From: Octopus vulgaris
Taxonomy: Eukaryota
NCBI GenBank assembly: GCA_951406725.2
Contig: OX597834.1
Location: 31,000,001 to 31,064,000, forward strand
Reading direction: 5' to 3'
Length of the DNA stretch: 64,000 nt
The notes under the pieces are model-generated. The model was not told the DNA's origin, searched no databases, and worked only from the letters and a program-made list of their open reading frames with translations. Each line of letters starts with the position of its first letter. Positions within the stretch are counted from its first letter, which is position 1. Below, in pieces: positions 39,905 through 54,303 of the stretch. A program made the translations under genes and the position numbers.

Positions 39905-40125
39905 TTATTTATTGCCCACAAGGGGCTAAACATGGACAAACAAGGACAGACAAAGGGATTAAGTTGATTACATTGACCCCAGTGCATAACTGGTACTTAT
40001 TTAATTGACCCTGAAAGGATGAAAGACAAAGTCAACCTCAGCAGAATTTGAACTCAGAACGTACCGACAGAAGAAATACCCTAAGCATTTTGCCCGGTAT
40101 GCTAACGTTTCTGCCAGCTCGCCAC
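39905..40125 (-). mobile_element. SINE family B
   Basis: Matches 10722-10949. Confidence 0.85.
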
Positions 40126-40249
40126 CTTTCTCTAACAATTTTATAGGCAACTTAAAAACATCAGGGCCTGCCAAACAGAAATAGGAGCTAACTGGCAACT
40201 CTAGAAGCTACTTAACAATAATACATATCACAGTAATGGTTGTATATTT

Positions 40250-40692
40250 GCTTCAAATCTTCAAAGCCACAGTCGAACCAATTCTACTATATGGCTCAGA
40301 AACCTGGATGTTATCAAAGAAGTTTGAGAGGCGGTTGGATGGAACCTACACTCGCCTCCTTATGAGAGCTCAAAATGTCTCGTGGAAGCGTCATCCAACC
40401 AAACTGCAAATATATGGGAATCTACCACCTGTGTCATCTCTTGTAAAGGTAGAAGTGTCCAGTTTGCTGGACATTGTTGTAGAGCTGAAAACGAGGCAAT
40501 TTCTACTCTTCTCCTCTGGAAGCCATCTACTCGCAATACCAGAGGGCGCACACTCTCCTACCCTGATGTAATCTCCAGGGATACAAGCATCCAGCAACAG
40601 GACCTCCGTAATGCTATGATGGACCGTGAAGTCTGGCGTAGCATGGTAAATTCCATTGTCTTGACCACGGTCGAACAATGATAATGATGATA
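40250..40692 (+). pseudogene. RTE LINE 3' fragment (second family)
   Basis: IFKATVEPILLYGSETW..LDGTYTRLLMRAQNVSW..FAGHCCR..LLLWKP, with one frameshift and an (atg)n tail. Confidence 0.85.
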
Positions 40693-40873
40693 TTTGCTTT
40701 TCCATGCTGGCATGGGTTGGATGGTTTTTCTGAAGCAGTGTTTAATGAATGGATTCCTTTCCAGTTGGCCAACGTTTTAGTTCCATTTTATGACTTGCCA
40801 CATCGATACTGTCTAGGTCAAGTAAAACTCTAATTTACAAATGATTTAAATGACTTGAGGGTAGACTGTCCAT

Positions 40874-40925
<52 letters not shown>

Positions 40926-41246
40926 CCATCATCATCACCATCACCATCACCATCATGGTGATCATCATTTTAACGTCTCAGTTTTCCATGCTTGATAAGT
41001 GGCACATACGAAAATCTTGACCATTGATCACTCTATTACTTCTGCCAATTAACGTGTGTGTGTGTGTGTGTGTGTATGTGTGCATGTCTGTGTGTTTGTA
41101 TGTGTGTGCATTTATGTGTGTATATGTGTGTATGTGTGTGTGTATGTATACATGTATGTGTGTGTATATATATATCTACATATAAATACATACACATATT
41201 TTTTAAGTTCAATTTTTCCTGTTTATATTACTAAACCTACATATAT

Positions 41247-41279
<33 letters not shown>

Positions 41280-41506
41280 GTATGTACGTACATACATACA
41301 TACATACATACATGTATGTATGTATGTATGTATGTATGTATGTATGTATGTATGTACATACCCACATATATATATATATGTATGTACACACATACAAACA
41401 TACATATGACAGTAGGGTGTGACTTGAGGGGGGCTCCTTTATTTACTGTTTTACATTGGAGATGGTATTGTTATTGATGTTGTTGTTATTTGTTGGTTTC
41501 TCCTCC

Positions 41507-41556
<50 letters not shown>

Positions 41557-42172
41557 CACACATGCACACACATGCACACACACACACACATATATATACA
41601 TACACACATACATATATGAACATAATTACATATATGAATATATATGTATATATATGTTTATATATGTATGCATATATATGTATTTCTACACACACACACA
41701 CTTATAGCTGATGCTAGTTGCCCTGCCCTTTTTCCTTCACCCCTATCTCCCCACTGCACCACCCAAATAGTTCCTCACCATCAGTGGCAAGAATAGAAAG
41801 ATCAGCTTACCCAGGGGTCAGATTATTATGTTACCCCAGGGAAACAGAATCGTGTACCATTCTCTTCTCTTGAATTGTGAAGGCATTAGTGATGGCAGTG
41901 GTGATGGCAGTGGGGATGGTTGTGGTAATGATGGTGATGATGATGGTGGTGGTGGTGGTGGTGATGATGATGATGATGACTAAGTCTATTGAATAATGGT
42001 CGGTTGTTTTTTAGCAAAAACAACATATCTACATATCCAAATGTATGTGTATGTATGTATCTATATATATTTCTCTTTATCCGTCCATCCATCTATCTAT
42101 CTATCCATCTATCTGTCTGTCTGTCTACTTATCAATCTATCTATCTATCTAGCTAGCTATCTCTTTATGTAT

Positions 42173-42237
<65 letters not shown>

Positions 42238-42249
42238 TATTGTTATCAT

Positions 42250-42540
42250 CATTTAACGTCCACTTTCCATACTGGCATGGGTTGGATGGTTTGACTGGGG
42301 GCTGGCAAGCCAGAAGGCTGCACCAGGCTCCAATCCGATCTGGCAAATGTTTCTACAGTTGGATGCCCTTCTTAACATCAACCACGAGAGTGTAGAGGGT
42401 TCTTTTTATATGCCACAGGTATGAGGGCCAGTCAGGCAGTATTGGCATCAACCATGCTCAAATAGAGCATTTTATGTGCCACCGGCACGGGAGCCAGTCA
42501 GCATTGACCACGCTCGAATGGTGCTTTTTATGTGCCACTG
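42250..42540 (-). mobile_element. RTE 3' tail fragment
   Basis: Reverse complement of the RTE tail, adjacent to an expanded (ATC)n. Confidence 0.75.
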
Positions 42541-42769
42541 TGCATACATGCATGTATATAGTAAGTATGTGCGTATGTATGTATGTATGTATGTATGTAT
42601 GTATGTATGTATGTTGTATGTATGTATGTATGTTGTATGTATGTATGTATGTATGTATGTATGTATGTATGTATGTATGTATGTTGTATGTATGTACATT
42701 GTATGTATGTATGTATGTTGTATGTATGTATGTTATGTATGTATGTACGTTGTATGTATGTATGTATGT

Positions 42770-43172
42770 ATATCAGTTATTAGACTGTGGCCATACTGGG
42801 GCACCATCTTCAAAAATTTTAGTTGAATGAATCAACCCTAGTACCTATTTTTTAAAAAATTGATACTTATTCTACTGGTCTCTTCTGCCGAACTGCTAAG
42901 TTACAAGGATGTAAATATAACAACACTGGTTGTCAAGCAGTGGTGGGACAAACACAGGCACAAAGACACACATGCACACACCCACACATACACGTGCACA
43001 CACACACACACACACATGTCAGGCTTCTTTCAGTTTCCGTCTACCAAATCCATTCACAAGGCTTTTTTTGGCCCAAAGCTATAGTAGAAGACACTTGCTC
43101 AAGGTGCCACGCAGTGGGACTGAACATAGAGCCCTGTGGTTGGGAAACAAGCTACTTACCACACAGCCACTT
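42770..43172 (-). mobile_element. SINE family A
   Basis: Head, body and 3' module are present. Confidence 0.8.
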
Positions 43173-43562
43173 CTGCACACACACACATGTGTGTGTGTGT
43201 GTACCTATGTAAAGTGGTGAATTGAGTTGTGTCCCTTTGTGGTAATACCTAACTTAGCCGTTCTACAAATAGAGATTGATAAACCATGCACCATGATGAA
43301 ATAAATCCTGGATGGGTGGGGGTGTCATCAGTATGATTGACTAAGACTCTCGAAGGGGATGCTCCAGCATAGCCACAGTCAACTGAGCGAAATCGCTAAA
43401 AGAGTAAATAACTAACTGGTTTGTCAGTAGTGGTGGTAGCGGTGGTGGTGGTGGTGGTAGTAGTAGTAGTAGTGGTAGTAGTAGTATTGGTGGTGGTGGT
43501 AGTAGTAGTAGTAGTGGTAGTAGTAGTAGTAGTAGTAGTATTCGTGGTGGTGGTGGTGGTGA

Positions 43563-43597
<35 letters not shown>

Positions 43598-45105
43598 TTG
43601 GTAGTGGTGGTGGTGGTAGTAGTAGTAGTGGTAGTAGTACTATTGGTGGTGGTGGTGGTGGTGGTAGTAGTAGTAGTAGTGGTGGTGGTGGTGGTAGTAG
43701 TGGTGGTGGTGGTGGTAGTAGTAGTAGTAGTAGCGTTATACAATGATGGTTGTGGTGGTGGTACTGGAGTAGTGTGATATAGTGTTCTTGTTTGTGGTGG
43801 TGGTGGTTTTGGTGGTGGTGTTGTGGTATGATGTTGGTAGTAACAGAAAGAATGATATCCCCCCCTCTCTCTCTCTCCCTAGAGAAAATTTATGGTACCA
43901 TTGTACAGATGCACAATGACAATACCCTTGTGATGTGCTGCGGTTAGTGTGGTTGTTGGCGGTGGTGGCCATGGTGGTGGTGGTGGTGGTGGTGATATTG
44001 TTCTCGGTGTGGTTATTGTTGCTGTTGTTGTTGTTCCTGGTGGTGGTGATGTTAGTATTGTTGTAGCTGCTATTGCTGTTGTCATTGTTGGGTTAATGTA
44101 GGTGTGTGTGTGTGTGTGTGAGCGTTATGCTGGTGTAGTTTTGAACCAAATACATAAACATGAAGCCCGATCCTTTGATCTTTTCAACTGGTTTGTTTTT
44201 CTATGAGACCAACCTTCTCACCACCACCACCACCACCACCACCACCACAGTCATCACTAAAGGTCTGTGAAGTGGCCAATACTGATGGCTATAGTAAGAC
44301 ACTCGCCCTAGGTACCATGCAGTGAGATTGAACCCAGAACAATGTGGTTGAGAAGGAAACATTATATGCGTGCATATATGTGTGTGTGCATGTGTATATA
44401 TGTGTGTGTGTGTTTGTGTTTGTGCGTGTGTATATATAAAAAATTGTGAAGTATGTGAGGTGAATATATTTATTTAACCATTTTACATCCTTAGGATTAC
44501 AGCTGTTTCGCAGCCTTCATCATGTAATAATAATTTCAGTATTGAATAAATTATCTTACATATCTGCACTAATATGCTACGTATCGTATAATGCAATTGT
44601 ATTGTATAATATGTAGCATGCATATATATATATATATATATAAGTGTAAGCACCTGTATACGCCAGCTAGTGGCAGAGGTGAGAGTGGTTATGAAATTTT
44701 ACAAATACACTCTCACAGGGAGATATGATATACCTATCATTATGGATAATACGACATGTACCTTTAAGATTTTTCATAGTTTGATGTAACTCTTTGGAAT
44801 AACAATTGCATGTGGTTGAAGAGAGCTTTAAACCATCTTTTATGTCGATTATACACTGATGTAAGAATAGGTTGTTTATAAAGCTTGAAACACGTGTACC
44901 ACGACAACCTTTGTGTTCTGTTTTTGATTTCATTTGATACATATATATATATATATATATACTGTTTATAAAGCAAATAAGTAACAAGGATGTCCAGATA
45001 TCAGTGCATTACGGTCATTTCAAGTGGCTTCAAGGTGTGCAGACAATACAGGACTGACTTGGTGCCATAACTTAAGTACCTAGTTCAACTGAATCTTAAT
45101 TATTT

Positions 45106-45189
<84 letters not shown>

Positions 45190-45422
45190 TGCCATTTGAG
45201 TGTGGCCGTTGCCAGTCCCGCCTGACTGGCCCTCGTGTCTGTGGCACGTAAAAGCACCCACTACACTCTCGGAGTGGTTGGCGTTAGGAAGGGCATCCAG
45301 CTGTAGAAACTCTGCCAGATCAAGATTGGAGCCTGGTACAGCCATCTGGTTCGCCAGTCCTCAGTCAAATCGTCCAACCCATGCTAGCATGGAAAGCAGA
45401 TGTTAAACGATGATGATGATGA
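45190..45422 (+). mobile_element. RTE 3' tail fragment between long (TA)n tracts
   Basis: gtggcacgtaaaagcacccactacactctcggagtgg..gttaaacgatgatg. Confidence 0.8.
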
Positions 45423-45487
45423 TATATATATATACAAAGACACACACACATAAATATATACACATATATATATACACACATATATAT

Positions 45488-45616
<129 letters not shown>

Positions 45617-45617
45617 T

Positions 45618-45649
<32 letters not shown>

Positions 45650-46697
45650 CTTATATATAGATATGTTCACACACACACAAACACACATATATATATTCAT
45701 AAGTGCAGAAATCAGTGCTGGAACATTTTTAGAGAGAAAATTTTTCCACTCTCTGATGCTAAAGATTTCAAACAGTCAGGGATATATTCTTAGTAGTGGA
45801 AGTCGTGGTAGAAATGGTGGTCGTGGTCGTGGTGATGGTGTTGGTAGTGATGATGGAGTTAGTTATAGTGGTAGCAGTGGTGATGGTAGTGGTGGAGGTA
45901 TTGGTGCTGGTGGTGGTCATGGTGGTGGTGGTGGTGGTGGTAGAGGTGGTAGTCGTGGTTGTTAATCACAGTGGTGTTCAAGGTGGTGATGTCAGTGGTC
46001 GCCTTCGTATTCAATGTGTTAGTGGTGGGATTCATCATGGTGGTGGTGGTTGTGGTGGTGGTGGTGGAATGGTGGTGGCGAATGGTGATGGTAATGGTGG
46101 CGGTGATGATGGCGGTGGTGTTGGGGCATAAAAGAAAAAAAGAAAAAAAACTGCAAAGAAGTATGGAAATAAGTTTCTTAGTGAATTTGCTGTTGGGGTT
46201 GGGGAGTGGGGTTGGCAAGCAAAGACGGGAGTAAAAGATACGCAAATATATAACAAAAAAAAACCCCTAAAAAACTAAATAAACTTATAACAAACTTTAT
46301 AAGCAAGAAATGACGAAAGAATAAAATGGATGAAAGTTTCTGAGATTCTGTAGAAGACTAGACAACAATGATTATCATCATCGCCCCTCTGGCTAATAAA
46401 AGAAATTGTTGTTGTTGTTGTTATTATTATTATCATTATTATCTTCATCATCATCATCATCATCATTATTAGTTGTACCCCTACTATAAAAGTTATTAAA
46501 GAAAATAAAATATTATTATTACTATTATTATTATTATTATTACTATTATTATTATTATTATTACTATTATTATTATTATTATTATTATTATCATTATTAT
46601 GAGTAGTAGTAGTAGTAGTAGTCGCAGCAGCGCTTCTATATATATTAATTATTCAATAAAAATAGTGAAATTATTACTGTTATTATTATTATTATTT

Positions 46698-46762
<65 letters not shown>

Positions 46763-46792
46763 TTTCTTGGTCTTCTTCTTCTTCTTCTTCTT

Positions 46793-46890
<98 letters not shown>

Positions 46891-47262
46891 CTATTACTAT
46901 TATTATTATTATCATCATCGTCATCATTTGAATTTATTAATTTAAGTGAGTAAAAAATAAATTGAAAGACGGAGAAAAAACAATTATTGTTGTTGTTGTT
47001 CTTGTTATGAAAATTTATAAAATATTATTCAATAATAATAATAATAATAATAATGATAAAAATAATGACAGCAATAGAGAAGACCAAAAAAAAAAATGGA
47101 AAAGAAAGGAAGCATTTCATTTTGTCAGCTTGGCACCACAAAACAGGATGTCCCAGACAGGAAGTGTGGGGGTACCGGTGGGATGGCCATCAGGATTCTG
47201 CAGGAGTTGCAATCCAAGCAGTGTTTACCAGGAAATGCATCGTGTATATACACATATTCATG

Positions 47263-47339
<77 letters not shown>

Positions 47340-47381
47340 ATATATGTATATATATGTATGTATGTATGTATGTATACATAC

Positions 47382-47413
<32 letters not shown>

Positions 47414-47556
47414 CATACATACATACATATAAATACATATGTGCATATTTACAAATACACATCACACATATATACATACATAGAAACACACATCTATATC
47501 TATATCTATGCTTAAATATATATAATATATATATATATACATATATGTATATTTAT

Positions 47557-47609
<53 letters not shown>

Positions 47610-47814
47610 TCACTGCCATATATGTATGTATAAATATACACAAACTTTTAGAAAACATGTATACATATACACCACAGATACAGAGGTTATAAATTTTCAC
47701 TCAGACTGACAAATATGTGCGTATATATATGAATGTATGTATGAAAGCCTGTATGTTCATATGTATGTGTCTTTGTAAAACACACACTGAGATATTCATA
47801 TAATTGTGTGAACA

Positions 47815-48400
47815 ATCTCTAACTGTGGAGAGAACCTGTGGTCGAGGTAGACCCAGAAAGACATGGGATGAAGTGGTGAAGTATGATCTTTGAACTTTGG
47901 GCCTCACAGAGGCAATGACCAGTGTCTGAGACCTTTGGTGATGTGCTCTGCTTGAGTAGACCAATCAAGCCAAGTGAAATTGTAGTTGTGGCTGATGCTG
48001 GTGTCATATAACTGGCATCCATGCCGGTGGCGCGTAAAGGGCACTTCTCAAGTGTTGGGCCTCATGAAGGCAAAGTGGCTGATACCAGTGGCATGTGAAA
48101 AGCTCCTTTTTAGTGTTGGGCCTCACAGAGGCAACGATTGAGACCTTTGGCATTATGTCGTGCTTGACAAGAAGACACAGCAAGCCAAGTAAAATCACAG
48201 TTGTGGCACATACCAGTGTCACACAAATGTGCCAGTGGCACGTAAAAGCACCCATTACACCATTGGAATGGTTGGCATTAGGAAGGGCATCCAGCTGTAG
48301 AAACCATGCCAAATCAGACTGGAGGCTGGTGCAGCCTTCCAGCTTGCTAACTCTGGTCAAACCGTCCAACCCATGCTGCATGGACAACTAACGCTAAATG
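47815..48400 (+). mobile_element. RTE ORF end plus 3' UTR
   Basis: TCGRGRPRKTWDEVV followed by the same tail as 18030-19236. Confidence 0.8.
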
Positions 48401-49340
48401 GTATGGAGTAGGACCCCATTTGGCAGTAATTACAGCTTAAATTCTAAGAGGTATGGACTTGTACAAAGTTTGAATTGGTTCCAAAGGAATTTTTGTCCAT
48501 TCTTCAGCTAAAACAGTCTCCAGTTCTTATAATGATGATTGTGGGGGATATCGACTCCTTATTTGTTTTTCTAAAATGCACCATAAATGTTTTATAATAT
48601 TGAGATCTGGGGACTGTGGCCAGATAAGATGTTCAACTTCACTAGAATGTTCTTCGTGCCATTCAGTAACAACTTTAGCTGTGTGAATTAGTGCATTATC
48701 ATCCTGAAAGATTGCGTTTCTCTCCAGAAACAGTTCTGCACCCTAGGATGAATTTGATCAGATAAAATGCTTAAATAGTCTTGACTATTAATTCTGCCAT
48801 GAAAGGAAACCATTGGGCCAGTGGATTTCCAAGACATAACCCCCCAAATCATCACAGATCCTCCTCCATTTTTAACAGTTGGGGGGAGGTAGTCTGGGTC
48901 AAATGTTTCTTTTGGCTGTCTCCACACATATACTCGACCGGCAGTCAGAAATAAGGTAAAGGATGACTCGTCGAAGAAAATAACATTCTTCCACTGCTCT
49001 AGGGACCAATTCTGCAAGTTTTTACTCCACTCTGAATACTTTGCAACATTTATTTTTGAAAGTAGTGATTTTCTGATTGCAGCCCTTCTGTGAAATCCAG
49101 CTTTGTGCAGCTCCTGGTGAACAGTTTTTGTGAAAACTGGGTTCTCGAGGTGGTCATTAAACTCTGCAGTAATTTTGAGAGCTGTACTTTTTTGATCCTT
49201 TCTAACAATTCACGTAAGAGTCCGAAAGTCCCTATATGAAAGTTTTGGTTTTTTTCCAGAGTTTTGTTTTGACGAGGAGGTTTTTCCTTCTTTCTCAAAG
49301 ACTGTGATTACTTTTGAGGCAGTACCTCTTGCATAGTATT
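48401..49340 (-). pseudogene. Tc1-family DDE transposase relic
   Basis: WKNVIFFDESSF..PTVKNGGGSVMIWG..IFQDDNA..WPQSPDLNII..GPTPY. Frameshifted; TIRs not seen. Confidence 0.9.
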
Positions 49341-49614
49341 CAAATACAAGTAACATTTTCCTTGTTTCTGCCTGTATCTGTCTCCCTTGTTTACTCTTGT
49401 GAGTTTGAGGTCGTTGAGACAGAGACAGGCAGAAACAAGGAAAAAGCACCTTGCATTTGAATACTTTGTAAATATTCTTTTAAAATCTTTTCCTTTAATT
49501 TTTCCAAAATTTAATTGTTTTCCATACTTACAGTTTGAAAAAGTCTCAATGACTGAAACCGGTACTGAAATATTTTTATATAAAATTATCTTAGCATTTT
49601 CTACCTTGACTTTT

Positions 49615-49655
<41 letters not shown>

Positions 49656-49725
49656 TATACATATTTACGTTGTATGTACCTGTATTTCTCACTCTCTTTA
49701 TATATGTGCATGTGTGTGTGTGTAT

Positions 49726-49771
<46 letters not shown>

Positions 49772-49774
49772 ATC

Positions 49775-49805
<31 letters not shown>

Positions 49806-49982
49806 ATATGATGCCCTGTACCCAAATGTGCAAGTATATATACATTATATATTATTTATTATTCATTATATATGTAAGTGCAGTTGTATGTATGTATTTA
49901 TATATGTGTATGTATATATATAGTATATATATGTATATATATATATTATATATATATATATATGTATATATATCTATATATA

Positions 49983-50040
<58 letters not shown>

Positions 50041-50366
50041 GTATTTATATATATTTATATATATATATATGCATATATGTGCATTGTGGTATTATGTATT
50101 ATTTGGTTGATTATATATATATATTAATAATTAATATATATATATAATAAATAATATATATATATATATAAATAAAATATGTATATGTATTAATATTATA
50201 TATATCAAGTGTGTGCTTGTGTCTGTAATGAGAAAGAAGTGGGAAAAAGTGAGTGAGAGGAAAGTGAAGTGTTTCTGTGAATGTGTGCATAAAGCATGGG
50301 TGTGTATTCATATTCGTTAGCATGCGTGTGTGTGTGTGTGTGCGTGCGTGTGTGTGTGTGTGTGTG

Positions 50367-50402
<36 letters not shown>

Positions 50403-50507
50403 TTAGGTGGAGAAGCAAACAAGTGCCAACACACGTGAGTTACTGCTTTCTGATGGTTAGTTAGCAACATCCATCACTGCTGCTTGTGTGTGTGTGTGTG
50501 TGTGTGT

Positions 50508-50558
<51 letters not shown>

Positions 50559-50862
50559 TTAATGTCTATGCATCCATGTATATGTATGTGTGTGTGTGTG
50601 TGTGTATATCTATATATATATACATATATTATTTATAAGTGTATATTAAATAAAAATATTAAATAATATATATATAAATATATATATTATGCATACATAT
50701 AAATACACACAAACACACACACATATCAATACACACACACACATAAATATGTATAATATACATGTGTATGTATATACATAGATACATACACACATATATA
50801 TATACACACATATATATATACACACACACATATAATATATATATATATATATATATACACAT

Positions 50863-50893
<31 letters not shown>

Positions 50894-51534
50894 TACATAT
50901 ACATATATATATATATGTACATATATATCTAAATATGTATATACAAAAAAAACCCCACCCCTATGTGTGTGTTTATCCGGTGTGTGTGTGTATGTGTGCC
51001 TTTTTGTTTATGTAAGTATGTGTACGAGTGCATGTGTCCGCACGTATCATCACTATCATCACCACCACCATCATCATCATCATCATCATCACCATCATCA
51101 TCACTGTCATCATTGTACTGCCAGCAGTTCATGAGGGTAGGGGCTTACTTGATGCCACGGACCCAAGTATGAGACTGGTACTCGACTCTATTGACCCCAG
51201 AGGAATGATCTCAGCAGTGTTTGAACAAAAAATATAAAGAAGAAATATTGTAAGGCATTTTTTTTCCAATGCTCTGATAATTCTGTAATAATAATAATAA
51301 TAATAATGATAATAATAATAATGATAATAATTGAGAAGAGCATTGTCGATGTGAGAACTGTTGCTGCTCATGTATTTTAATTTAACTTTAAAAAAAAAAA
51401 AAAAAAAAAAAATGAACGAACTACTGAGTTTGGTTTAATGGCCTACCAATTTATACTATGAGTTTCTTTGCCCTAGGAGTCGGGAAGACACTCGGCAAGA
51501 AATGATAGCAAATTTGAAAGAAGAAGAAAAAAAA

Positions 51535-51579
<45 letters not shown>

Positions 51580-51924
51580 GACAATAAGAAGATCATAATG
51601 CAATTTGTAATAGATTGTTGAAATATTGTTGAAACTGTTAAAGAAACAATCCATCACAATTTGCGCCGCACCCGTCTTATTGTCTACTTTAATGATGATG
51701 ATGATGATGATGATGATGATGGTGATGGTGATGGTGATGATGATGATGGTGGTGATGGTGATGATGATGATGATGATGATGATGGTGGTGGTGATGATGA
51801 TGATGGTGATGGTGATGATGATGATGGTGATGGTGATGATGATGATGGTGATGATGATGATGAGCAGCATGTCCCTTAGTGGCTGGTGTTATGTGCATCT
51901 CTGATCACAAACAGAAGTAGTTGG

Positions 51925-52265
51925 GGAGCATCACAGCCGTGTGTTGAGAGAGGTTCTTTGGAGTTTGAATAATTTGCCTCTTGGAAGTATGGATGTTGCA
52001 TTCACCATCATTAAACAACCCTTATTCAGGGGGCCCTTTTGAGTGGGACGGGCTACTCGACTTGAAGAAAATTCTAGCTGGATCCCACTTGCAAAGTCAG
52101 TGCACTGTTTATCTTGATATGAAGTCACCATGTCACACACATATGGTTGTGATGCATGTGCCTGGGGTACCCTTATTAGATGGGCAGTCATGATGGGTAT
52201 ATTGGGCTTTATATAATTATACCCCCGTGTCACTTTGATAGCATGCACTGCTCTCTCACTCAATA
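51925..52265 (+). mobile_element. Unclassified retroposon-like fragment ending in (TAA)n
   Basis: GC-richer block ending ctctctcactcaataataat; the family is not recognised. Confidence 0.35.
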
Positions 52266-52280
52266 ATAATGATGATGATG

Positions 52281-52335
<55 letters not shown>

Positions 52336-52339
52336 TAAT

Positions 52340-52692
52340 AAGAGCACTTAGAGAGCGCAAACCTCTGCCAAGGCAATACGAATGTTCTCTGAATGATTAA
52401 ACAGAGATGATTTTTAAAATAAGAATATCTGAAATAAACTCGACTGCTCTCACAAACGAGAATGCTAAAAATGAGCCTGATTGCTCTCAAAACTTAAGTA
52501 AAAACACAGGAAAAATAATCCAGAATCTTTGTCAGTACCTAATCGATCCCAAAATCTAATCAGTTTGTGCTAGTCACAAGGCTAAACATCCCTGAAAGTT
52601 TCATCTGAATCCATCCTGCGGTTCTTGAGATATTTTGTCCATGGACAAACAAATATGACTGAAAACAATACCTCCACTTTAACAAAGGCGAA

Positions 52693-52696
<4 letters not shown>
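52340..52696. mobile_element. Helentron-associated (HINE/DINE-1-like) non-autonomous element
   Basis: One end is aagagcacttagagagcgcaaacctctgccaagg and the other is aatacctcc..aaggcgaaggtaataa, giving sub-TIRs acctctgcc / ggcgaaggt. A gacaaacaaa microsatellite-like stretch is present. Confidence 0.6.
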
Positions 52697-52725
<29 letters not shown>

Positions 52726-52883
52726 TTTTTTTTTGACATTCACTAGTACAACACAAAATACAAAACCAAATATATGGCACACTAGACATAACAACATCAC
52801 AAACTTCCAACCTGTTGTCTCTTGAGGTCTCTGGGTGAGACTTGGAGCCAACTTGTACAAATATAAAGCAAAAGTCAAACATA

Positions 52884-52938
<55 letters not shown>

Positions 52939-53784
52939 TCTTTCAAAGTTTTGGCAGAGAGCCAAAATTTTGAGAGGAGAGGTAAGTTGATTATTTTGAT
53001 TCCAGAGCCGAACTGGTCCCTTATTTTATCAACTCTGAAAAGATGAAAGACAAAGCTGACCTTGGCAGGTTTTGAACTCTGGGCACAGTGACTTGGCATA
53101 AATACCACAAGGTATTTTTGTCCCGTGCTTCACCAAGTTTCCCAGTTCTTCACAAGGAATGTTTCTAGATACATCGATATATTGACAGTCTGTGCTATTG
53201 TTGTTCTTTTAAGCAGACAGGGTTCATGGGTATCTTCTGATTAGGATGTCATCATCATCATCATCATCAGGTAGATTTGAGATTTTGGGAGAAAGGGGTG
53301 GATGATTGGGTGTTAGGCTGTTTGGTTCAACTGCTTGGGTATTGACCCTGTTTTGAAGGGTGCTCTCTTTTGTTTCGTTTCACACTGAATGTGCATACAG
53401 ATACACACACACATGCACACATACACACACGCACACACACATGCACACGCATACGCACACATGCACACACATACATACACTCATATACACAACACACACG
53501 CGTACACATGTACAGAATTCGTCATCATCATCGTCATCATCATTGTTTTAATGCACACTTTTCTGTGTTTGCTTGGGTCATGATGATGATGATACTGCTT
53601 CTGCTGCTGCTGTGCTGCAACAGATGATGATGATGATGATGATGATGAGAATGATGATGATGATGATGAGAATGATGATGATGATGATGATGATCGTGTG
53701 TCACTGTCAAATGAGCAAACTCGTTCATTTGCAATATTCTGTGAAAATATGTCTGCTCACAAGGAAATTTTACTTTATTTGGAA

Positions 53785-54303
53785 ACCCGCTGTGCTTGAG
53801 GAGACCTATTGAGTCAAGTACATGAACATCGAAATAAATATCAATGGAAATAGTAGTTGTGATACCTGTGCCAGTGGCACATAGAAATCACCATCCGAAC
53901 ATGGCCGATGCCAGCACTGGCTTCTGTGCCGGTGGCATGTAAAAAGCACCATCCGAATGTGGCCGATGGCAGCACCGCCTCGACTGGCTTCTGTGCCGGT
54001 GGCACGTAAAAAGCACCATCCAAGCGTGACTGATGCCAGCACTGCCTTGATTGGCTTCTGTGCCGGTGGTACGTTAAAAGTACCAACCGATTGTGGCCGC
54101 TACCAGACTCCTCTGGCACGTAAAAAGCACCCACTACACTCGCGGAGTGGTTGGCGTTAGGAAGGGCATCCAGCTGTAGAAGCACTGCCAGATCAGACTG
54201 GAGCCTGGTGCAGCCTTCTGGCTTCCCAGACCCCAGTTGAACCGTCCAACCCATGCTAGCATGGAAAGCGGACGTTAAACGATGATGATGATGATGATGA
54301 TGA
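53785..54303 (+). mobile_element. RTE 3' UTR with five ~60-bp tandem units and an (ATG)n tail
   Basis: 'gccggtggcacgtaaaaagcaccatcc' is repeated. Confidence 0.85.

Noticed and set aside
53860-54130. CRISPR-like regularly spaced repeats
   Set aside because: The spacers are homologous to each other, the context is a eukaryotic LINE 3' UTR, and there are no cas genes.
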